From the NCBI RefSeq assembly GCF_001194135.2, contig NC_068981.1:129356967-129420966 (forward strand): a DNA stretch of 64,000 nucleotides. Direction: 5' to 3'. The position numbers and the translations under genes were made by a program. The notes beneath the pieces are model-generated. The model was not told the DNA's origin and made no database searches. It saw only the letters and a program-made list of their open reading frames with translations. This DNA is from Octopus bimaculoides. Lineage: Eukaryota. This document shows positions 1 through 18,060 of this stretch, piece by piece (positions within the stretch are counted from its first letter, which is position 1; each line of letters opens with the position of its first letter).

Positions 1-55
<55 letters not shown>

Positions 56-58
56 GTA

Positions 59-94
<36 letters not shown>
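1..94. repeat. (TA)n microsatellite
   Basis: Near-perfect TA run at window start. Confidence 0.95.
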
Positions 95-97
<3 letters not shown>

Positions 98-321
98 GTT
101 GTATGCTGTCAACTTAATGTGACAGTCTAATGAAGGGAATAATACTACTGCTATTTAGTCCTAGGAAGTAGCACAGCATTCTGTTGGCTTTGACACATTT
201 CCTGTCTTTATGTTTACAAGAGAGAGACAAGCACCCCCCACTTAGCTAAGCCAGCATCCAGAGACATGTTTCTGAGTCTTTGCTCGTTATCAGTCTAGAG
301 TAGCAATGGCCTGCTAGTTGA
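95..321 (-). repeat. Direct repeat copy A (~227 bp) carrying a hammerhead-like motif
   Basis: gtagttgtatgctgtcaac...ctgctagttga aligns with 443-649 apart from small indels. Confidence 0.9.
257..299 (-). ncRNA. Minimal type I hammerhead ribozyme motif (copy A, G8A core variant)
   Basis: Minus strand UCUAGA-CUGAUAA-C-GAG(CAAAGA)CUC-A-GAAA-CAUGUC-UCUGGA. Confidence 0.5.
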
Positions 322-442
322 TGTATGTCAAGCTCTCGTAAACATATTATAATTCTAGCGAAACACATTCACTGATTTCAAAAATAGAAATAATACATTT
401 CTAAATCTCTGAGAGAGATTTATGCAGTAGCGATGCGATAAA

Positions 443-649
443 GTAGTTGTATGCTGTCAACTTAATGTGACAGTCCCATGAAGGGAATAATACTACTGCT
501 ATTTAGCCCTAGGAAGCAGCACCGCTTCCTGTCGGCCTTGACACATTTCTTGTGTTTACAAGCACCGCCACTTAGCTAAACCTGCATCTAGAGACATGTT
601 TCTGAGTCTACTCGTCATCAGTCTGGAGTAGCAATGGCCTGCTAGTTGA
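443..649 (-). repeat. Direct repeat copy B (~207 bp) carrying a hammerhead-like motif
   Basis: Second copy of 95-321. Confidence 0.9.
587..627 (-). ncRNA. Minimal type I hammerhead ribozyme motif (copy B, intact CUGAUGA core)
   Basis: Minus strand UCCAGA-CUGAUGA-C-GAG(UAGA)CUC-A-GAAA-CAUGUC-UCUAGA; palindromic ACAUGU helix III; GUC cleavage triplet. Confidence 0.6.
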
Positions 650-946
650 AATCTTTATTACGATCACTACGGATCACACATAGATGAGGATGGCACAGGA
701 CAGACAATTACAGAAAATGAATGAGATCGTGATTATATAAAATTTTGGGTTTTAACGATTATGTACAATTTAATAAATTAAATTAAAATTAATGAGAACT
801 TAAAAAATTTTGAAGAACTTAAACTGATCCGTTTTTTCTTATTTTAAAGTTACACAGAAATTAAATTCTCCAACCAAGCAGCCTATAAGGACCAGCAGAT
901 CACTTTATTATTTCTTCGATGGTTAATTTGGGCAACTAGCACCCAC

Positions 947-1880
947 CTATTTCATCACTTCCTTCCATCTTTGCTCATATACTCTAGCTGACAGTGTCCT
1001 CTTTTCCAGCCTCATCTTGCTTTTCAGATGATATCTGAAGTAAACCAGCAAACCGGGGCTGGATATATAGGACCCTGTCACAAAACCTTCTGTTCTTTTT
1101 CTCCATATACACTCTTTCAACACTGCTACTGTACAGAGAAAACAAGCCTCACCTTCCTTCAAGAGTCCAGTTAGCGGTATCATCTTTATTATAGATCCAG
1201 CCGATAGCTGTACTCTTCCCAGATGCGACAACACATGTTCAACATAAATTATCAAACCTGAAAGCTTCCGACAGTGGACAAAAGCGTGCTGGACAGTGAA
1301 ACTGTCCAGTTCACATCTTGGACATGTCAGTGGCACTGCCATACCATGCCTAGATAACTTATTGCGAACAGGTAAAGTGTTCCTGTAACACTGCCAAGTC
1401 AGGGATTTTTGGAAATTATCCAAATACCCCAGCTTGAAGGTTTTTCGGAACATGTCGGTAAGTTGGTTCTCATCAAACCCCAGAGTTCCTCCTAAGATGT
1501 TGTCATTTTTTCCTTCTACTAGTCCTCTATAGAATACCAAGCAGCCAGCCTTGCCCATCTTGTGGATTAGCCAGAGTGCCTGACAGCACTCCTTCTGCCA
1601 TAAAGTCAGATTACACCTTTTAATGAGACCGGGTTTAAAACGTTCCAGCAAGGCTGGTCGTGGAAAGAACACCTCTGCTCTACCTTTCAAGGACAGAGAC
1701 CTTCTGGACCACTTCCGTACTATGGCCTCCGCCTTGTTCAGTACCTCGCTCCAATTCTTCTCCATCTGGGAGTCTGAACCGAACCAAACTCCAAGCAATT
1801 TAACAAGACCATTTGTCCAGTGTCCGACAATAAAAAGTGGCACCCGTCAATTCAGAAAGATCCCACTATTCATCTGTTGT
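947..1880 (-). mobile_element. 5'-truncated L1/Tx1-clade non-LTR retrotransposon fragment (end of RT plus CCHC zinc knuckle)
   Basis: VKLLGVWFG, WSRRSLSLKGRAEV, and LTWQCYRNTLPV...CPRC...TVQHAFVHC, typical of Tx1/L1 ORF2 C-terminus; probable internal deletion. Confidence 0.85.
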
Positions 1881-2057
1881 TAGTTTATATTTTTGTTTTG
1901 GAGGCTTCATTTTAGTGACACCAGTTAGACATTGTACCTGGAATTTGCTTGGTGATGTCAAAGTGGAAAAAGTGTTTTTTAAGTTTTTGAAAATTTGAAA
2001 CAAAAAGGCATAGTTTTTTTAAAACTGACTGTCGCAGCGATGTGAAAATATGGCTAC

Positions 2058-2951
2058 NNNNNNNNNNNNNNNNNNNNNNNNNNNNNNNNNNNNNNNNNNN
2101 NNNNNNNNNNNNNNNNNNNNNNNNNNNNNNNNNNNNNNNNNNNNNNNNNNNNNNNNNNNNNNNNNNNNNNNNNNNNNNNNNNNNNNNNNNNNNNNNNNNN
2201 NNNNNNNNNNNNNNNNNNNNNNNNNNNNNNNNNNNNNNNNNNNNNNNNNNNNNNNNNNNNNNNNNNNNNNNNNNNNNNNNNNNNNNNNNNNNNNNNNNNN
2301 NNNNNNNNNNNNNNNNNNNNNNNNNNNNNNNNNNNNNNNNNNNNNNNNNNNNNNNNNNNNNNNNNNNNNNNNNNNNNNNNNNNNNNNNNNNNNNNNNNNN
2401 NNNNNNNNNNNNNNNNNNNNNNNNNNNNNNNNNNNNNNNNNNNNNNNNNNNNNNNNNNNNNNNNNNNNNNNNNNNNNNNNNNNNNNNNNNNNNNNNNNNN
2501 NNNNNNNNNNNNNNNNNNNNNNNNNNNNNNNNNNNNNNNNNNNNNNNNNNNNNNNNNNNNNNNNNNNNNNNNNNNNNNNNNNNNNNNNNNNNNNNNNNNN
2601 NNNNNNNNNNNNNNNNNNNNNNNNNNNNNNNNNNNNNNNNNNNNNNNNNNNNNNNNNNNNNNNNNNNNNNNNNNNNNNNNNNNNNNNNNNNNNNNNNNNN
2701 NNNNNNNNNNNNNNNNNNNNNNNNNNNNNNNNNNNNNNNNNNNNNNNNNNNNNNNNNNNNNNNNNNNNNNNNNNNNNNNNNNNNNNNNNNNNNNNNNNNN
2801 NNNNNNNNNNNNNNNNNNNNNNNNNNNNNNNNNNNNNNNNNNNNNNNNNNNNNNNNNNNNNNNNNNNNNNNNNNNNNNNNNNNNNNNNNNNNNNNNNNNN
2901 NNNNNNNNNNNNNNNNNNNNNNNNNNNNNNNNNNNNNNNNNNNNNNNNNNN
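2058..2951. other. Assembly gap (N)
   Basis: 894 N. Other gaps at 24306-24315, 50266-50329, 57662-57671, 61804-62017 and 62230-62329. Confidence 1.
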
Positions 2952-3224
2952 NGCGTTTACGTATGTTAGGAGATATGTTTATATGTACGTACGTGTGCGT
3001 GCGTCCACGTGTTTACAGCCTTTTAATAAATAGTTATGAATGTAACTGTTAAAAAAGATAAAAGTTCTAGTTTACCACTTTTACAATGTTCTCGAAATTC
3101 AAAATTTAAACTTTAGAAAAGAACAATAAAGTCAATTCATGTTATGAATAACTTCAATAATCTAGTTGTAAAATAAAATGAAAACAACCAAAGGAAGTTC
3201 ATACTTCAGTTCTGAGTATTAATA

Positions 3225-3420
3225 TTGGTTTCAAATTTTGGCACAAGGCCAGCAGTTTCGGGGAAGGGGCTAAGTCGGTTACATCGACTCCAGTGCTTGA
3301 CTGGTACTTATTTCATCGACCGCGAAAGGATGAAAGGCAAAGTCGACCTCGGCGGAATTCGAACTCAAAACGTACAGACGAACGAAATGCCTCTAAGCTT
3401 TTTGTCCAGTTTGCTAATCT
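3225..3420 (-). mobile_element. tRNA-derived SINE, family B
   Basis: Minus strand has B-box-like gagttcgaattcc followed by gccgaggtcgactttgcctttcatcctttcg; related copies at 6776-6972, 14976-15192, 29540-29735, 48905-49030. Confidence 0.75.
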
Positions 3421-3693
3421 GAGTATTAATATTCTCAGAATATTTGATATGAGGCATATTTTATGATTGATCTCAGATTGGTTCCGATGGATTTCTTTAA
3501 AAAATTCATTTTGGTTTTCGCTGTATTGGGATAAAAATGCAAACTATTCTTTCTTTCTCTGACTTTATGTGTGTAATTTCATTAATGCACTAAGTAATGA
3601 CTAAGTTGACATTCAACTTTACATAAAATGTATAAACTGATAATGTATTTAACAACTAATTTTTAGCTATCATAGCCAATATGCAGATTTTGG

Positions 3694-3784
3694 GGCGGAG
3701 GTAAAGAATACGTACACCACCCGTTTTCAGCGTAACAAAAATCCTAACCCTAATCACCGGGTGTACGTATTCTTTACTTTCGCC
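3694..3784. mobile_element. Tiny hairpin MITE, Merlin-like
   Basis: TIRs ggcggaggtaaagaatacgtacacc / ggtgtacgtattctttactttcgcc; 8-bp flanks gattttgg / gatttttg. Confidence 0.65.
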
Positions 3785-5799
3785 GATTTTTGTTTGAGTG
3801 AAAACATTAGTTCACATAACTTTTTATTACAGTGTGATTTGTGCGAAAGTAAGTTTGTCGGCCTCATTAATTTTAGAGGGCTTGCCCTGCAAATTAAAGG
3901 TGTCTAAGAATCTACATAGTTGTTCATATCGGTATTGACATCTAATACTTTTTGTGTTAGACCATCCCAATAACACTAGAAGAGAAAAGGGAAATTGAAA
4001 ATGCTATCACTACGATTTTTCTCTTATAAGCAATAATTTGTTTGGTCATCGAACCTTTAGTTAAAGTGATATTTTCAGGAGTAGGCCGATTCAAGTGAAG
4101 GCAAATGATTACAGTTCTACAGATATACATAGCTGTCATATCGATTATATTGAGATCTAGTAATACATTTTAAAATGTTGATTCAACAGCAAATTGGCAC
4201 AAAGCCACCTTTTTGTAGTTAAGGGGTACAATTGATTAAAATGACCTTAGTACAAACCCAGAGATGAAAATAAAGTCCTTTAAAATTACCTTTATCAAAC
4301 CCAGAGATGAAAATAAAGTCAACCTCACCAGGATTTTAATCCCAAATGTCAAAGGACTAAAACGAAATAGTTATTTCAGCTTTCCCATTTGAGCTATTTA
4401 TCCTTTTATATTATATCTAACCATAAAATTGAGGAAAATTTGCATAAACGCAGACACAACCGACTGGTTAAGAAGTTTTTTTCACAATCAGGAAGTACCA
4501 GGTTCGATCCCATTGAAGCATCTTGAGCAAGTGATCGACGCAAATATTAAGTTCTGGTCGGTAGAAGCCTTAAAGCCTGCCAGATGGAATAAAGTCAACT
4601 GAAGAGTCAGTCATTTACACTGTGCCGCGTTGATTCTTCAAGAAAAATATGCTAAGGGTACAATTGCCAATGGAAAACTCGCCCATTCATATGCCAATTT
4701 AACAATTAGTTCAGTTCATCGGTCAACTGAAATACACATCTCTAAACAGAGATCCATCCACTTCACCTTTATTTTTATTTTTTAAATTTTACTAATGTAC
4801 AAATCAATAAATGGACCTCGCGTCAGTCCCAACGAATATGGTTTCTAGTTGTTCCATTAACGGAACCTATTATATTATATGTATATAGGTAGCTATATAT
4901 CATACGTCCTTAACGTAATGTTGAGGCAAACTCAGCGCGACAGCTCGTTAAGGTTGTGCCTTCGAATTACTGGTACACACACACATGTTCCTTCTCTAAG
5001 TTCTTGCTAACTTCAAATCAATGTTTTTTTAAAATACCCAATTGTTGTCCATGCCCTCATTTTATCATTTCAATTGGTAAAAGCAAAAAGACGCTGACAT
5101 GACATGAAATACAACCAAATTTTTGAAATGTATGTGTGTATAAATATTCACATACAATATTGTCAGTTTATTCTCGTGTATGTGTGTCCACACAGAGTGT
5201 ATGCGTACATTTATTTCAAGAAATTAAATTGCAGAGAAATGCAAATAATGAATACAATGATTTTCATTAGATTTACACAAAACCCACCCAAAAATATGAA
5301 AGTTCCAACTTTTATTATGAATTAGAATTGAATTGCAACCTGTTTTAATTTGTTGTAGATCGATACATTTAAATGGTTAATAGTTTATATATATAAATTA
5401 TTAAACATTTAAAAGTATCGATCTTTAATTTCAATAAATTATCACCAAGACAATTGCTGTTACCTTTATCTTTATAAGCATTTTTTTTTCTATCAAAGAA
5501 GACTGAAATCTTTAGACCAATTTAGGTCAGAACAGCTTCTGAACAATGGAAACAAGTAATTACAAAATGTAACAAAATCAAGTTAATCGGTTTGCTAGAA
5601 ATAACAGCCAAATTTATCTCAAATCACACTGTTTTACGAAAAAAAAGGAGGATATATTGGATAATGTGGTCCTGCATACCCTAAGACTAAAAAAAAAATG
5701 TGGGATAGCCTTGGCCGGAACGCCTTTGAGCATAAATCTGCTCCAGCAGGGCTGACCTGGGGCTAAACAACGACAAAAAGCCTAACTTGGTGCAATTGA

Positions 5800-6093
5800 G
5801 TAATTCAGAGAGACGTTTTCATTGGACGCTTGGCAATTGATCCAGCGTTCCCAACTAGTTTGTTTGAAACCGTTCAACAGTCATCGGCTTTTTTGATTGG
5901 TTAGTTGTGATTAGTCAGTTTTGTAATCAGACGACCGTTGTCCAACTCTGCTGTCCACAGATTACGCCATCTCTTGTTTTGACTTTTCACCCACACGGTT
6001 ACCAACTTATTGGTTGTTTTTGTGGCGCGATATTTCCTTTCCCCCCAAATCTGAACTTTTCTCCTCTCTTCGTTGCACGCACGTGTCACCATC
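5800..6093 (+). promoter_or_regulatory. Putative alpha-tubulin promoter / 5' UTR
   Basis: Locally CpG-rich; inverted CCAAT (attgg) at 5821, 5896, 6009; E-box cacgtg at 6080; ends at accatcATG|gtaagc. Confidence 0.55.
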
Positions 6094-11537
<5,444 letters not shown>

Positions 11538-11938
11538 AAGCAGAAATGTTGAATGTTAAAAGTATTTCTTACATATCCCCCATACTTTGAGTTTATGGAT
11601 TGAAAATTTTATTAAAATATTTTCCAACTTGTTCAGCTTAAGCCTTGATTGTTGCTACTTTCTATTTCAGTGAAAATGTTTGCTGAATTTGGTGTATTTT
11701 AAAATAATTCTGAAACAAAAATCATAATCTTTGAAATTTTAACTGTTGCATGACAGATTATTACGGGAAGATTTTAAAATTAGAAAATTACATTTCTGAA
11801 AGATTTTTAAAGACTGCAAAGAATATTTTAAATTTTTATTTTCTTAACAGAAATTCAATTTTTAAAAAAATCATGTATTTTATTTTTGAACTGTATTAAT
11901 TGTTCCATTCAGTTGAAAAATATTAGTACCTCTGACTT

Positions 11939-11940
<2 letters not shown>

Positions 11941-11976
<36 letters not shown>
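11941..11976 (+). repeat. Poly(A) tract
   Basis: 36-nt A run; others near 32157-32177 and 35738-35775. Confidence 0.9.
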
Positions 11977-11978
<2 letters not shown>

Positions 11979-12479
11979 ATCTTTCTCCTCCTTGAAACTA
12001 AAAAAAGTATTTGGTTGTATTGCATATTCTTATTCCTATTTTGTGTCCCAACTATGTTTGGTTGTATTACTTTGATAAAATAAAAATCGATTTTAACATA
12101 CTGCTACATAATATTAACACTATGCGTAAATATTTCGTCATTTTGCTAAAGAGGGACTGGTGTAGCAATATATGTGATGACCATTATCTTAACATTGCCA
12201 CAAGCTCTGATAATTTGGCTTGCTAGAATATAGCGGCCAAATCTCCCTGTATTGTCTTAAACAAAAATGACACATTAGATAATGAAGTCCTAAGTACTGT
12301 GCTGTCTTTTTTACAGTTAAACATTGCACCCCTTGAGCTTCTTCAGGAATGCAGTGTTAGTACAAAACTCTTCAAACTCACTTTCTACATGATCATATCC
12401 TGCTACCAAGAAAGGCAAACTCTACCAACAATTTTCCTATTGCATTTATTTCCAATATTTCATAGCTAATGGTAACACC

Positions 12480-13100
12480 CATTAACAATCCTTCGAATTT
12501 TTCTCTTTAATGACCATTTGTAAGGTTTTTGAAAAGCTAGATCTACTGGAGGTGTACATTATATTGCCTATAACTATCATCTCATGAAATTTGGTAAAAA
12601 CAATGTTGCCTTCAGCATAAAAGCTTTTGAGTCTGCCAAGCAAATTTTTCAAAACTATCCTTCTATTGGACTCCATTTCTTGTATTGGTAGCATCCTATT
12701 AGATTGCGCTATTGTATATATGTTGGTAAATACGACCAATACTATTGTGTGCAGGACTTGGTTTTGTCTTCCTTATCTTCTGCACATCAATAATCTATCT
12801 ACTGTCATGTTCAAAAATGCCCATTCCTTTACATATGTTATTCTCTTCATTTTCCTTATCCACATCTGCAATAATTACATGAACAGAGACCTCAATAAGA
12901 CCTATGCTAATCTTGTCTCTTTCGATAAAAAAGCTCTATATTAAAAAGATTGCACCACACCAACCTTGAACATGAACAGTACACAATTACAGTCTTTGAA
13001 GTTTGCAAATGTTAGGCATCATTATCTCTAAGGATCTTGTGAAATTCTTAGCATAACTAAGACCACGTGCCAAAGATCAGTTTGTCTATTCACAGGGTCA
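12480..13100 (+). mobile_element. Highly decayed LINE RT remnant (CR1/L2-like)
   Basis: Broken-frame traces KAFES, YLLHINNL and KDL resemble KAFD, LLYINDL and KDLG. Confidence 0.4.
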
Positions 13101-14975
13101 AACATATTTCAGTCTCCAGATCCACTATAGTATATTGCTTGTATATAGAATTATGCTATCACTGCACACACATCCTAGACTTTACCAGTGAAAGGCCACT
13201 TAACTGGTTGGCATAAATTCATAAACATTCTCTAGCCCACTGACATGGTTGCTCCTTTCTGATTTTTCTACCTCTTCAACACTGGTTGGACTTGTGGTCC
13301 CTCCACTCAGGCACTCCTAAATCCCTTCTCTCTTCACTCCTCTTATGTTCAAGCTCTGCACTAATCACTACACTCAGACTCTGTCAATCCCCTTAAAAGC
13401 TTTCTTTGTTCATATCTTTCTTAGCTGTACCAATTTGCAACAAATTAAGTTGAACACTGATCTCAGAAGGGCTTTGCAAAGACTAAGCACTGCCCCTTCC
13501 AGGTCTAGCATGTACAGAAAAAAAAAAAACTTTGGTCAAATACTAAATTACAAGATTTTGAGTATTTTATTCTAACTCAAAGACTAATTAATCAGGTTTG
13601 CTGAATAAGATTTTCATAAAAAGATTTGAATTGGGCACTTGTTTAGCTCATTGTGACCAAATGCTTAAGAAGGACTGTTTTAGTGTTTTAATTTTAAAAA
13701 ATTAGTTCCATGATTTTCAGATATAACTGCATAAATCACTTGCTGCATTTCCTAGCTACAATTAAAGTGTTGGTTAAAATAATCATGGCACTTAATTGGA
13801 AAGAATGGTCAAACCAATAGTCAGCCTTTTATTTGTCTTAGTTGATCCCAAAGCTCAAGATAGTTAACTAGTAACAATTACATAGATGCTGAAATTATAG
13901 GCCCAAATATAATCCATGAGTGATATCCCATTGGACACTCTTAGGCCAAAATCTCATCAAATCATAGTGCAGTTATAATTTAAGGCTCACATGTAGCTGT
14001 GATGTAATTTTCTCCAAGAATATTTTATAATTATTGACATTCATTTTACAAACTTCAAAATATCTTTATTCTGTGTCTTTCTTCTCTGTTGTAACATTGT
14101 GGTAGGCTTATTTTCCTAGCATTTAGTGAAGGGTTTCAATTAACATTGCATTGAAGTTTCATAGGTAAAAGATAAATTAGTTTGAACTTAACTGATTTCT
14201 GGAGAGCAAGATCTAGTTCTGGTAAAAAATCCTTTAGCTCTATTACCTTAATTACTGGGTTACTCTCAAAGAATATAACAAGTTTCTTCCAAAATAGTGA
14301 AGAAATTATAAACAGTACTTTTCCCCTCCACAAAAAATATCCTGAAATATCAGCTTAAATCTTAAAATCTCTAGGTACATTGTAGTAGTAAAAAAAAAAA
14401 AAAGCTGGAAGAAGCCTACTTCTTGATTCAACTCTTCATTAAGCCATTATTTGCACTTGAACATTCCTAATCACTACTTGCATTAGCACCAATTTCATGC
14501 TCTTTTCTCAAGTGTCTTCTGAGAAAAGGGCAGGCAGACAGACAGACAAGATGTTTACAGGTACTGTGCATCTTTCCAAACCATTTTGAGTATAATCACA
14601 AAATTTGCATGCGACTCTTTTCTAACTTGTCTACATATTTAACATCCGTCTTGCATAGTTTTCTTCTCAAGGTCTTGGTACAATGTCACTGCATGGTATT
14701 TTGGGCAAATGGCATTTTCTATAACCTTATGTCAAATTAGATGCATGGAAACAGTATATCAAGTGGATTGTATATACAATTCAAAAAGATACAGGCTTGT
14801 AATGTTGATTTGACTAGTGAATTCTGTTCAAGATTGCTTAACCACTTACATTGAATCAGGAGCAGGTATATTTTGTGGAGCTAAATTAAAATCATTTAAA
14901 ACTGCTCAATATGTTTAACACAAACTAGTGGCATCATTTCCTGAAACTTCATGTTTTAATGTTTCATCAAAGTAA

Positions 14976-15192
14976 GGTGGTGAGCTGGAAGAATCATTAC
15001 TGCACCAGGGGAAAATGCTGAGCAGCATTTTGCTTGTTCTTACACTATGATCAAATTCTGCCAAGGTCAACTAAGCCTTTCATCCTTTTGGGAGTCAATA
15101 AAATGAGTACCTGTTGAGCATAGGGGTTGATGTAATCAAAATTTATACCCTCCCCTAACATTGCTGGCCTGGTAGCAAAATTTGAAACCAAT
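14976..15192 (+). mobile_element. tRNA-derived SINE, family B
   Basis: ggtgagctgg...aaggtcaactaagcctttcatcc...aaatttgaaacc. Confidence 0.65.
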
Positions 15193-15566
15193 ATTTCAGA
15201 GCAATATGCAGAATTTAAGTCATTCAATTAACAGCATTTGTATGAGATCATCTTCAGATTGCTGTTTTCCCCAATCACTTTAGGGGCACAGTACCACAGC
15301 CTTAATACTCTCAACTGCTTTAGAGGTGAGATAATTATTTACTATTGGAATCTTTGAACTTTGTCCTAGCACTGGCCAAAAGGCATCTTAACCAAGCTTC
15401 AGTCAAATCAAGAACTGCAGTATTTCTCCAAATTGTATTGATGTCATTATTGCCAAACACTTATTCCAAACAGTCTTGTTTGAGTTCATTAATGTAATCC
15501 CATAGTGAAGTATTTATCAAAATAAAACTAGTTTTATATGACAACGTTTGGAAGTAGAAACTGGAT

Positions 15567-15718
15567 CATCAACATCATTGTTTAACGTCCGCTTTCCATG
15601 CTAACATGGGTTGGACGATTTGACGGGACTGGTGGACCAGGAGGTGACACCAGGCTCCAATCTGATTTGGCAGAGTTTCTACAGCTGGATGCCCTTCCTA
15701 ACGCCAACCACTCTGAGA
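15567..15718 (-). mobile_element. RTE-type 3' tail repeat ending in (ATG)n
   Basis: tttaacgtccgctttccatgct...ggatgcccttcctaacgccaacc; other copies near 21655, 26005, 30362, 43520, 48663, 52610, 57840, 61545, 62690. Confidence 0.7.
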
Positions 15719-15869
15719 GTATAATGGATGTTCTAACTTTTTGGCCAGACAGTGTTCTTTATTTTGCATGATGGGTATGTTTCACCCTCAGCAAAGGAGT
15801 AACTGATCATTTCAACTTTTCTATCTTTTGGTTCAGTCATTAGGCAGTTGCTATACTGGGACATCACCT

Positions 15870-16155
15870 TGAAGAATTTTTAGTCAAATCAATTGACCGT
15901 AGTACTTTTTTTTTTAAAGCCTGGTACTTATTCCACTGGTTGCCAAGTTATGGGGACATAAACATGCCAACACTGGTTATGAAAGGGTGAGGGACAAACA
16001 TACAAAAACACACACGATGGGATTCTTTCAGTTTCTGTCTACCAGAGGCTTTGGTTGGCCTGAGGCTATAATAGAAGACTTGCCCAAGGTGCCATGCAGT
16101 TGGACTGAACCTAGAATTGTGGTTGGGAAGCAAGCTTCTGACCACACAGCCATGT
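15870..16155 (-). mobile_element. tRNA-derived SINE, family A
   Basis: Reverse complement of the family seen at 60596-60968. Confidence 0.7.
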
Positions 16156-17934
16156 TGGCTTACATTTCCTATACTCAAATGAAAGAATATTGGAGAAGAC
16201 TTTTCTGCAGTTGGATGCTCTTCCTGTTACTATTATTTTCAATCAAAGTTATAATAATGCAATCTATCAAACAACTTAGATATGCTTTTGTGGTGAACTT
16301 GAAGCAATTGACATTGTCAGCAAGAGCTTTGTTTGTATGGAATATCATGGGAGTGGACTTAGATTAATGCTAGAGATAATCACAAATACAATTTTAGTAT
16401 TTGCTAAATGTTTCATTATGGAAACAAGATTTGAGTGATTCATATAGACAAAAAAGTCCAAAATTTATGATCATGGTATTGGTTACAGGAATCCTTGGAG
16501 TTGATGTTTTCAACAAATGGAGCTTGTGTCTACAGTCATGAAGAGGTTGGAAGAGATGATTTGTCTTGGCATGATATGAACATAAGGAACTCCTCAATCA
16601 AAAGAGAAGTCATCATAAAAACCAACCAGATTGATGGTTAAAGAAGAAATGAAAACACATTGAGAAAAATAAAAACAAAAGACAATCTGCGGTAAAAAAA
16701 ATTTAAAACAATTTATTTATTGTTTTTTTTCTTAAATTTACTTTTCTCAAATTGCTGTTGGCATGTGATCTGGCTGAGGGCACTACTTGATAGGCCAGAA
16801 GAGCTGATCCATTTTAAAACTGCTTTCTTTATAGTTTTATCATCTGAGTTGGGTTTTTTATGGGTGGGAGATGCTTTCTAGTCAACAGGGAACTCCAGGC
16901 AAATTGTATGAGTAGAGGAACTTTGTGGGTGGGGCACAAGAGAGACCAGAAATTTGACTGAAAAGTGCAAGAGAACATAAGCTGCCAGCTTTGCTCCGCG
17001 CATGAAACACAAACGTGGAAATGAACAGAACAGAAAAAAGAGAAAAGCTTTTGTGGGGAGGGGGAATAAAAAGAGGAATAATAAGTGACTAGAAGATTGT
17101 AGGCCCTTACCACCAAAGTTAGTCAAATATTGAGAGTTTCTATGTTATTAAGGTAACAAGATGGAAGGCCTGGAGTAAAGGTCTGAAAGTTAATTCTGGT
17201 TATCATTCCTGTTTTTTGCCCACTGAAAGCAAGAACATTCTTAAGGTTAGTAAATATTGGTGGGGATAGTGGCATAACTTAGGGATTTTTCATATCTCGG
17301 GATGGAAATAAAAAAATAAAAATTACAGAAAGCTGGCAGTGTGGAGAATTTATAAAAGAAAAAAAAAGTTTTCTTTACAATTTGAGCAAACCCTAGATTT
17401 TGAAAAAGTGTCTTTGTTAAATAATTTAAAAAATAAAATCTATAATTTAGTTGATCAGTAAGGGTGCAAGTGGTACAGTTGTCAGCCTGGCATTAAACAT
17501 CTGGTCTAAGTCACATTTCTAGTAAAGATAAATTTAACCAATTTTAATTAACATGAAGTGCATAAGAGTGACAGGAGATTGAGATAGATAGAAGAGAAAT
17601 GAGACAGAAAGAGGAAGAGACCATAGAAGGAGAGAGAGAGATAGAATATCATAAGCTAGTGTGAGTAGGAAGTAGATCCAAAGCGAATCTTGAGAAAACT
17701 GCTGAAATTTTAAAGAGCCAGGGAAAAAGATAAGCCGTTGTTTACTTAGATAAGAGAAATGCATTGGTAGCAATGCAATGAAACCTGGTTTGATAAGCTG
17801 CAATAAATGCAGCTTCTAGGAAAAAAAAATTAATAAATAAAGGAGAGAAGAACAAAAATAAAACGGCTGCAATTGACTGCTTAAACAAAAAAACAAACAG
17901 AAAAACCTTCCAATATATAAAGCATATTTTTGTT

Positions 17935-18060
17935 TTAATCCTTCAGATGATTGTGAGGGACATTCCAGTCAAAGTTGGTGCCAGAGGATGAACGAGGTGG
18001 ACCCCAAATGCGAGCCATTGGACTGAAAGGGTCATATGTACTGGTTGATGGCAGAGTCTC
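17935..18060 (-). CDS. TMEM131: TMEM131 terminal coding exon
   Basis: [21 protein letters not shown]...HLKD stop. Confidence 0.8.
   Translation of the reverse strand, partial: ETLPSTSTYDPFSPMARIWGPPRSSSGTNFDWNVPHNHLKD

Noticed and set aside
1623-1883. 86-aa plus-strand ORF
   Set aside because: Antisense shadow of the Tx1 ORF
2042-3052. Long ORFs in the ORF track (also 61734-62340, 49988-50348)
   Set aside because: They are translations of N gaps and (TA)n
11941-11976. Poly(A) run suggesting the tubulin is a retrocopy
   Set aside because: The gene has introns and no TSD is evident; it is a genomic A tract
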